IMG/VR virus record: IMGVR_UViG_3300045988_115760
Reading direction: 5' to 3' (one strand)
Length of the DNA stretch: 61,108 nt
Source: a virus
The position numbers and the translations under genes are program-made. This document shows positions 1 through 6,122 of the stretch, piece after piece (position 1 is the stretch's first letter; each line of letters starts with the position of its first letter). The notes under the pieces are model-generated. The model was not told where the DNA came from. It worked only from the letters and a program-made list of their open reading frames with translations, and did not search any database.

Positions 1-24
1 ACTGGATGTGGAAGGTGTGCTGAA
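1..24. repeat. Terminal direct repeat, identical to 61085..61108; circular-assembly overlap or closed circular genome
   Basis: actggatgtggaaggtgtgctgaa read at both window ends. Confidence 0.9.
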
Positions 25-44
25 ACGCCCGCTGATTAGACATT

Positions 45-82
45 GAGACCCCTTGCGAACGCCAATGTTTGCAAGGGGTCTC
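45..82. other. Hairpin with 12-bp perfect stem inside the probable attP region
   Basis: gagaccccttgc (45..56) and gcaaggggtctc (71..82) are reverse complements; 14-nt loop. Confidence 0.6.
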
Positions 83-123
83 GTCGTATCTCGGGGTAAG
101 ATTTCCGGCGTCTAGGAATGTCG

Positions 124-145
124 TTCTCCAACATTCTCCAACAAA
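124..145. repeat. 22-bp direct repeat (tandem TTCTCCAACA x2 + AA), second copy at 60964..60985; candidate integrase arm-type sites
   Basis: ttctccaacattctccaacaaa read at both positions; in the circle they flank about 220 bp upstream of int. Confidence 0.8.
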
Positions 146-451
146 TCTTCGGATTGGGCTGCGGGACGGTTTCGGCGTGGCGGAATCGACGGTGATTCGC
201 TCGAAAAATCAAAATCGGTTTTTGTATAAATATTCATGTAAGCCTTTTAGTATCTATTTATGTATGTTCACATGTCGGTGTGAGCAATAATCAGCGTTGA
301 CTATGACTCACTATTCCCATTATGGTGTGACTATCTGTTATCATGTGAGTGTGAATAAAAAACCCTATGGAGGTGAAGACTCCACAGGGTTGAAAAACGA
401 AACCCTAGCAAGAGTTCCACTCCCAAGTTTAGTCGAGGGCGTGGAGGAAAG

Positions 452-946
452 ATGACGGAACAGATGGGCTACCGCAATGTAGATCGCGTATATGCTCTTG
501 CAAGCCAAGGCAAATTCTCCAAGACTGATGAAAACGGCAAGCAGACGCTAGACCTACTGGCTTTGTCGATGATGACCTACATGGCCTCGAAGGTAATCGA
601 CAAAGAGGATGTGAACGCCGTCGTATATCAAGACCGTGCCTACTGGTGTTATTGGGAGGGTTGGGACAAGATGATAGAGGGTATGGGCATGGTCATCGCC
701 TCCAAGGAACATGATTTAGACACTGCCGCAGAAACAACAATGGCCCGCACACGGACAGCGCGAAACCGACTGAGCCGTGGTGCAAAGTTTTTACAAGAGC
801 AGGGCTGTATAAAGCAGCTAAAGGCTCCGATTCCTCTAGCGGGGAAGAATGCCATCTGGCTTCTGTTGCTTGGTAATGAGAGGGAGAACCGCGAAGCTGA
901 GCGAATCGCCCGATTGTATTTCAATCTTCCGCCCATGAAAGCTTGA
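452..946 (+). CDS. Hypothetical protein (164 aa)
   Basis: Intact ORF with coding-like composition; RBS-like ggaggaaag upstream; no recognisable motif. Confidence 0.6.
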   Translation: MTEQMGYRNVDRVYALASQGKFSKTDENGKQTLDLLALSMMTYMASKVIDKEDVNAVVYQDRAYWCYWEGWDKMIEGMGMVIASKEHDLDTAAETTMARTRTARNRLSRGAKFLQEQGCIKQLKAPIPLAGKNAIWLLLLGNERENREAERIARLYFNLPPMKA

Positions 947-1005
947 CGCTCCCCATGGCTAAAGCCAGGGGCTTTACGGCGCAAATCGGTAAATACGCGA
1001 AAACC

Positions 1006-1035
1006 GCCCCTCTGCCAGCATTGCTGGGGAGGGGC
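1006..1035. repeat. Hairpin element gcccctc...gaggggc, copy 1 (copy 2 at 1639..1669)
   Basis: 7-bp outer stem plus inner ccagca/tgctgg stem; lies downstream of ORF 452..946. Confidence 0.6.
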
Positions 1036-1201
1036 AATGTGTGGTCAGATTTTTGGCAGCAGGTCGTATAAGGCTTGAGTGTCCAATGTCACGCCATGTA
1101 TTCGGCTGAAATCAGCCTCACCGCCGTGCATCCTGTTGGCCTTGTGAAAACAATGAACTCCGCATTAGACTTGAAGCAGATCGAACAGAAAGGTGTCGTA
1201 A

Positions 1202-1540
1202 ATGCCGCATGAGCTTGATGTAGTTTCGTATAAGGAAGGATACGGCCGAGGATTCGATGAAGCATTGAGACTCGTAGAACGATATGGGTACGTACTCAAC
1301 GCGCCCAGAATGGTGATAAACGGAGCTGGCTACGACGGCTGGCATCCAGAAGACGAGTTCCCGAAGAAAATAACCATCACCGAACAGCAGTTGGACATTA
1401 AAAAACATGCGGCTGTGCAATCTGTGGTGGATTACATCAGGGAAAAGCATTGCAACATGTATCAGTGTCGCTATTACGACCAAATGGGCCAGCAAATAGA
1501 CTTCGGCGATGGAGATAGAGCCAATCGAACCGCTGAATAG
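1202..1540 (+). CDS. Hypothetical protein (112 aa)
   Basis: Intact ORF; no recognisable motif. Confidence 0.55.
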   Translation: MPHELDVVSYKEGYGRGFDEALRLVERYGYVLNAPRMVINGAGYDGWHPEDEFPKKITITEQQLDIKKHAAVQSVVDYIREKHCNMYQCRYYDQMGQQIDFGDGDRANRTAE

Positions 1541-1552
1541 GAACAAGCCCGA

Positions 1553-1623
1553 TGCAGAATAGGACGCCTTGGAAACGTTGCAATACTGCGGAAACCTGTA
1601 AGACGATTGCAGAATAGGACGCC
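1553..1623. repeat. 16-bp direct repeat tgcagaataggacgcc (1553..1568 and 1608..1623)
   Basis: Two exact copies 55 bp apart, just after the stop of ORF 1202..1540. Confidence 0.75.
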
Positions 1624-1638
1624 CTAAAACGCAGAAAA

Positions 1639-1669
1639 GCCCCTCCCCCAGCAATGCTGAGAGAGGGGC
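1639..1669. repeat. Hairpin element gcccctc...gaggggc, copy 2
   Basis: Same stem and the same cagca(a/t)tgctg core as 1006..1035. Confidence 0.6.
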
Positions 1670-1817
1670 GGTGGTGTTTGTTCGCGGCGATTACTTGGCG
1701 GCCATGCGTACCGGGTTGTATGCGACTCCGAATCCTGCGGCGATCAAACGCTCGATATTGACCTTATCGAAGACACAGCTCCAGTGCCATTATCCGTCAT
1801 CAGAAAAGCCGTGGATT

Positions 1818-1861
1818 TTGATTGATGTAAGTTTTGGCACGCCAAAACTTACATCAATCAA
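1818..1861. terminator. Near-perfect 44-bp palindrome (21-bp stem, 2-nt loop) between convergent transcription units; possible bidirectional terminator or protein-binding site
   Basis: ttgattgatgtaagttttggc-ac-gccaaaacttacatcaatcaa; no clear U-tract on either side. Confidence 0.5.
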
Positions 1862-2216
1862 TGAAAAACGTCAAAAAACGCCCTATTTTTAGATGTCCAT
1901 GTAAGTTTCAGATGACATCAACGTCATCTTCCCCTCATAAAGTGTCAGGAAAAGTTGAGGGTGAGTCGGTGCTTGGCACGTCCCATGATGGGGCTGAGGG
2001 AGACGGTCGAGGTGTGGGCTGAGGGGTGACGGGAGTGTCTGGCGCTGGGCGAGTGGTGTTGGTTGATGGTTGCTGTTGGATGGGTGCGGGTTGTGATTCG
2101 GATGTCCCGGCTGGCGCGGATGGTGCTTCTTCTGTTTGTTGAAGGACGCGCTGAGCTGAGAACGGGTTGGAAAATGGCCGCTTTGCCTTGCGGGAGTAGG
2201 GCTGAGCGGCTTTTTT

Positions 2217-2281
2217 CGTTTTAACCAGTTTTAACGGTTTTTAACCTGTTTTTACGGATAATGTGGGCAAAATGTGGGCAA
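2217..2281. repeat. Phased TTTTAAC-type T-tracts (about 10-11 bp spacing) followed by tandem 11-mers aatgtgggcaa x2 (2260..2281)
   Basis: gttttaaccagttttaacggtttttaacctgtttttacgg, then aatgtgggcaaaatgtgggcaa. Confidence 0.7.
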
Positions 2282-2395
2282 AAATCGAGCCCGCGAAGCC
2301 CTCTGCCACAACGCGAGAACGGCCCCGACCGGCAAGTAGGCCGACTCGGGTTGAGTCGTCTGCGATGCCGGACGGGGCCGAACTGTGCGTGGTGG

Positions 2396-2707
2396 TCATG
2401 CGGCGAGGTCGAGGCGCTGTTTGATGGCGCTGACGCCGATGAGCGCGCCGGCGAGGATGCCGAGCGCGTTGAGCGTGGTCACGATGGCGTCCACGTGGGG
2501 CCAGCCCCATGCGGGGCCGACCGTGTTGACGAACAGGGCGAGTGCGGGCAGGACGATGAGGCCGAGCCATTTGAGGATGTCGTAGACGCGGCTGGGGATG
2601 AGCCAGTCGGGCACGTCATGGGTGACGTTGACGGCTTCGGGCCAGTCGCTCGTGTCGATGCCGGGGAGTGTTTCGCCGGTGTCGGCCGGGGTTTTGCTGT
2701 CGGTCAT
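2396..2707 (-). CDS. Holin (103 aa; start moved to the internal ATG at 2707)
   Basis: Last gene of the lysis cassette. Two hydrophobic segments (WLGLIVLPALALFV, LGILAGALIGV). The upstream part of the 158-aa ORF is Arg/Pro-rich and overlaps the endolysin 3' end. Confidence 0.7.
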   Translation of the reverse strand: MTDSKTPADTGETLPGIDTSDWPEAVNVTHDVPDWLIPSRVYDILKWLGLIVLPALALFVNTVGPAWGWPHVDAIVTTLNALGILAGALIGVSAIKQRLDLAA

Positions 2708-2769
2708 GTTTTGCTCCGATCGATGATGGGGTGGTGCCGCCGTCGGGGGTGACGGCGGCATCGGTTGGG

Positions 2770-3924
2770 TTAGCGGCAGGTCACCACGTCGCCCGGGTAG
2801 TAGACGTTGATGTTGCCGGAGGGGACGGTGCAGCGGTTGACGCTGTAGCCGTGTGAGGTGGCGAAATCCCATACCGTGTCACCGTACTGGATGGTCTTGG
2901 AGACCCCATCGGACGGTGCGGGGGCGGAGCCCCCGCCGTAGGTGACGACATCGCCCACGTAGTAGCGGTTGATGTCGCCGCTTGGCGTGTGCCATGCGGA
3001 CAGGGGCCATGCGTTGTAGGCTACGGCGAGTCCCCAGATGGTTTCTCCCCACTGCATGACGTGGCTGATGCCACCCGTGTTGGTGTCGGCCGGGGGAGTG
3101 TTCGGCTGTGCGGGCGCGGCCGGTGTGGCCGGGGGCGTGGAGCCGCCGGCGGGGTTGGCGTACAGGTCCCACTGCCATGCGTCGCCACGGAAGATGTTGA
3201 GGTCGATGGGACTCCACGTGTTGACGACACCGGTGCCGCTGTACTGGCGCATGGCCTCGCCGTACGCGCCGATCATCCACGGGTCGGCCTGATAGCCGGT
3301 CGGGCTCATGTTCGCGTATTGGGCGATCCACAAACCGTATCGGTCGCGGATGTCCTGCGGGATGGTGCCGGCGACCGGGCCGGTGTACAGCAATGGGCGC
3401 ACACCGCCCGAGAGCCGTTCACACTCAGCCATGAAGCGGCGTACCCAATCCCAGTCGCCCCATGCGGGGTTGTCGTCCATCTCCCAGTCAAGGGCGACGA
3501 TGCCGTGACGCCAATAGTTCAACGTGTTGGCGTAGAAGAACCGGGCCTCGGCCTCGGGGTTGCCGCCCATGGCGTAATGGTAGAGGCCGAACCGTTTGCC
3601 GGACGCCTGCGCCTGGGCGATCATGCGGTTGGCGTCCGTGTTGACGCCGGACACGAGACAGTTGTTATACACCTGTCCCGTGCCCCATGTGGTGCCGACC
3701 ACGATAAAATCGGCCTGCATGTTGTACACGTCCGCGCCGCACTGCCAGTTGCTCATGTCCACGCCCTGCATGTCCGCGTGCGCGGTCGCAGGGAGCGTCA
3801 GCATGCACACGGCGGCGACGAGCGCCGTGACTTTGGCGAGCAGCCGCTTATACCATGGTTTCGGCTTGCTTTTGTTTTTGAACTTGCCCAAATTCGTTTT
3901 CCTTCCTTTGTGTTGGGTGGGCAT
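2770..3924 (-). CDS. Endolysin: N-terminal signal peptide, GH25 muramidase domain, two C-terminal LysM-like repeats
   Basis: Basic N-terminus, then LVAAVCMLTLPATAHA. GH25-like GVDMSNWQ...DFIVVG...GLYHY...LDWE. Repeats QWGETIWGLA...YYVGDVVTY and QYGDTVWDFA...YYPGDVVTC. Confidence 0.88.
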   Translation of the reverse strand: MPTQHKGRKTNLGKFKNKSKPKPWYKRLLAKVTALVAAVCMLTLPATAHADMQGVDMSNWQCGADVYNMQADFIVVGTTWGTGQVYNNCLVSGVNTDANRMIAQAQASGKRFGLYHYAMGGNPEAEARFFYANTLNYWRHGIVALDWEMDDNPAWGDWDWVRRFMAECERLSGGVRPLLYTGPVAGTIPQDIRDRYGLWIAQYANMSPTGYQADPWMIGAYGEAMRQYSGTGVVNTWSPIDLNIFRGDAWQWDLYANPAGGSTPPATPAAPAQPNTPPADTNTGGISHVMQWGETIWGLAVAYNAWPLSAWHTPSGDINRYYVGDVVTYGGGSAPAPSDGVSKTIQYGDTVWDFATSHGYSVNRCTVPSGNINVYYPGDVVTCR

Positions 3925-3953
3925 GAAATAGCCCCCGTCGGGGTCGGCGGGGG

Positions 3954-4349
3954 CTAAGCCTGTGGTTTTCTCGGGGCTATCGGCGCGTCCTGTATGTCCT
4001 GATTGACTTGGGTGCCGTGCCCGTTGCCACCAAGCGCGTGGTAGGTGGCGTAGACGCCTTCGGCGCGGGTTTTGAGGTCGTTGTCGGCGATACCGCCAGC
4101 GTCGACCATCTCACGCTGCATCTGCTCCAATTTGCACAGGAGCATGGTTTTTACCCCATCCTGCAGTGGGTCGAGACGCTGGTCGAGCTGGGTCAGGCTC
4201 GCGTCCACCTGATCGAGCCTTTTCGACAGGGCCGGGTCCGGTTTGCCCGCTTGGTCGATGCGGCGCAGTACCCATCCGGCGACCGTGCCGCCGCACGTGG
4301 TGATCACGGAGACCAGGATCGTTGCCCATACGGGTATCGTCTCGGTCAT
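3954..4349 (-). CDS. Membrane-anchored coiled-coil protein (possible second holin or lysis regulator)
   Basis: N-terminal TM segment IPVWATILVSVITTCGGTVAGWVL; lies immediately upstream of the endolysin. Confidence 0.55.
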   Translation of the reverse strand: MTETIPVWATILVSVITTCGGTVAGWVLRRIDQAGKPDPALSKRLDQVDASLTQLDQRLDPLQDGVKTMLLCKLEQMQREMVDAGGIADNDLKTRAEGVYATYHALGGNGHGTQVNQDIQDAPIAPRKPQA

Positions 4350-4375
4350 CTAGGTCATGGCCTTCTTTCCTTTCG

Positions 4376-4843
4376 TCAGTTGATGTTCAGGGGCATGGTC
4401 GAGCCGGTGAAGAACGATTCGTCGCTGCCGGCCTCGGTGCAGATGATCTGATAGAACGCGGTGTCCTTGCCGGTCCGGCCTCGGAAGATGAGGCGCACGA
4501 CACCGTCGGAGGGCACGGTTAAGCCGACGCGCAGGCGTTTGTTGTTGGCCCAGTTCTCGGACCGGCCCAATGTGGCGGATCGGGAGTCCTGGGCCTCCAT
4601 GAGGGGGCCTCGGAACGTGTCCGTGGCCTCGGCGGCGCCGCAGGACGCGACGAACGCGCACCTCACGCCCGCCGGCAGGCCGGAGACCACCCATTCGGCG
4701 TAGCTGCCGATGCGGTCGGACGAATGCCGCAGGATGATGCCCGGACGGTCCGGAGAACCCCACTGGTTGACGCTGCAGTCGAGACTCCTCGTGGGTTTCG
4801 GATCGCCCAGCATGGGGTTCGGGAACCAGTTATGTCGCATCAT
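4376..4843 (-). CDS. Tail-associated small protein, paralog 3 (155 aa)
   Basis: Ends FFTGSTMPLNIN; shares its size and C-terminal F-x-G-x-x-MPL motif with the two upstream genes. Confidence 0.65.
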   Translation of the reverse strand: MMRHNWFPNPMLGDPKPTRSLDCSVNQWGSPDRPGIILRHSSDRIGSYAEWVVSGLPAGVRCAFVASCGAAEATDTFRGPLMEAQDSRSATLGRSENWANNKRLRVGLTVPSDGVVRLIFRGRTGKDTAFYQIICTEAGSDESFFTGSTMPLNIN

Positions 4844-4859
4844 CGGCGCTCACCGCCGA

Positions 4860-5309
4860 TCACTGCAGGGGCATCGAGCCTCCGTCGAACCACGGGAACC
4901 GGGGGAGGAGTTGTTGGACGGTCGGCCAATCGTCGCCCTCGTACACGGCCATGGCCTCCAACGTCAAACTGCCACTGCCACGGCAGTAGACGCTGCGGTT
5001 GCCGTCCCTGTCGATCTTCGCCGCCGTCCATGCGGCACCCGATGGGGTCGTGCCGGAGACGAGTGTCATGCCGCTCTCCACTGCCACGCTCAGCCCGCTG
5101 GTGGCCGTGTAGGCGACGACCACGACACGGCCCAGTCTCATCAGTGCCTTCCAGGAATCCCAGTCGGATAGCGACCAGTCGTCGCCGGTATGCGTGTAGC
5201 GGTAGCGCCCGCCGGCGAGGCGCTCGACATTCACGCCGCCGCTGCTGGCCCACGTGTTTAACTGCTTGTGGCATGAGGGGTCGGTGTACAGGTTGGTGAT
5301 GTAGCTCAT
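4860..5309 (-). CDS. Tail-associated small protein, paralog 2 (149 aa)
   Basis: Ends WFDGGSMPLQ; its ATG at 5309 sits in an ATGA overlap with one of the possible stops of the upstream gene. Confidence 0.65.
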   Translation of the reverse strand: MSYITNLYTDPSCHKQLNTWASSGGVNVERLAGGRYRYTHTGDDWSLSDWDSWKALMRLGRVVVVAYTATSGLSVAVESGMTLVSGTTPSGAAWTAAKIDRDGNRSVYCRGSGSLTLEAMAVYEGDDWPTVQQLLPRFPWFDGGSMPLQ

Positions 5310-5368
5310 GCGGCCACCACCCAGTCAGAGCGGCGGAGGCGAGCAGCCAGACAATGGCGTTTAGCCCT

Positions 5369-5835
5369 ACCCCCCCCCCATTGGTTAATGGCATGAGGTC
5401 GCCGTCGAAGTAGCCTTCGCCGAGTGCGCGCATCTGGTTCCAGTCGGCTTCCGTCATGAGCAGGGGCTGCGTGAAGTTGGCGCTGCCCGAATCGGGGCAG
5501 GCGAGCCGGATAATGAAGTCTCTGGTCGGCGTGAACTTGAGGGATGTTCTGCCTGCAGACGCGGCGGAGCACAGTGACTTCCAGGGGTCTAGCTCGGCGA
5601 TGAGGACGTAGCCGTTGCGCACGGTGGACTGGTCTCCGACCACGTTCCAGATGTCCGTCTGGAACACGAGGCTCGTGTCCCGTGGCGTGTTGAACCACAT
5701 TTGGGTGAAGCAGTCCTGTCGGCCTTCCTGGGCGGTTATGGTGACGCCCTTCTGGTTGCCGGCGATCATGGAGACCGTGCTGTTGGTGGGGGTGCCGAGC
5801 ATCATTCGCGGATACGTGAGGTTGCGCAGATACAC
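5369..5835 (-). CDS. Tail-associated small protein, paralog 1. The conserved part ends at the poly-G tract; as assembled the ORF runs on out of frame to 4840
   Basis: Sequence ...GYFDGDLMPLTNGGG followed by the G10 tract. The downstream 160 aa of the 331-aa ORF are Arg-rich and overlap paralog 2. Confidence 0.6.
5371..5380 (-). repeat. Homopolymer G10 (C10 on + strand) at the 3' end of paralog 1
   Basis: ccta-cccccccccc-attgg read directly. Confidence 0.95.
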
Positions 5836-5909
5836 GCCGTCTCCTTTCTGTTTTCGGGTATGAGAAAAGCCACCCCGTGGGGTGGCTTTCGGGAAAATGG
5901 TTTGGCTGA

Positions 5910-6104
5910 TTACTTGTTTTCGGCCTGCTTGGCCTCAAGCTCGGCGAGCCTGCGTTGCAGGGTGGCGACGTCGCGTTGCAGGCTCATGGCCTGCGCCTGG
6001 CTGATGGCCAGCTGGCGCGCCTGGCTGGCGAGCTGCGTGGTCATGTTGTCGAGCACGTCGTTGGCGTCCGCCTGCACGAGGTTGTCGGTTGTGTTGTCTG
6101 CCAT
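5910..6104 (-). CDS. Small coiled-coil protein (64 aa), possibly fibre-assembly related
   Basis: Heptad-like, Ala/Gln/Leu-rich; lies directly downstream of the tail fibre gene. Confidence 0.5.
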   Translation of the reverse strand: MADNTTDNLVQADANDVLDNMTTQLASQARQLAISQAQAMSLQRDVATLQRRLAELEAKQAENK

Positions 6105-6122
6105 AAAACGTTCCTTTCCTGT

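Noticed and set aside
1960-2250. Open reading frame of about 100 codons, Pro/Thr/Gln-rich, on the minus strand downstream of the holin
   Set aside because: It has no ATG/GTG/TTG start. The openness is explained by the CA-rich strand composition, which has few T/G and so few stop codons. Considered a compositional artefact, at most a gene remnant.
2241-2752. Overlapping ORFs 2241..2570 (minus) and 2261..2752 (plus) around the holin
   Set aside because: They are Arg-rich shadow frames overlapping the holin gene and the repeat region, with no independent support.
4840-5835. 331-aa ORF taken at face value as one protein
   Set aside because: Only the first 155 or so residues look coding and end with the paralog motif. 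After the G10 tract the frame overlaps the next gene out of frame and becomes Arg-rich. Treated as a homopolymer-dependent run-on.
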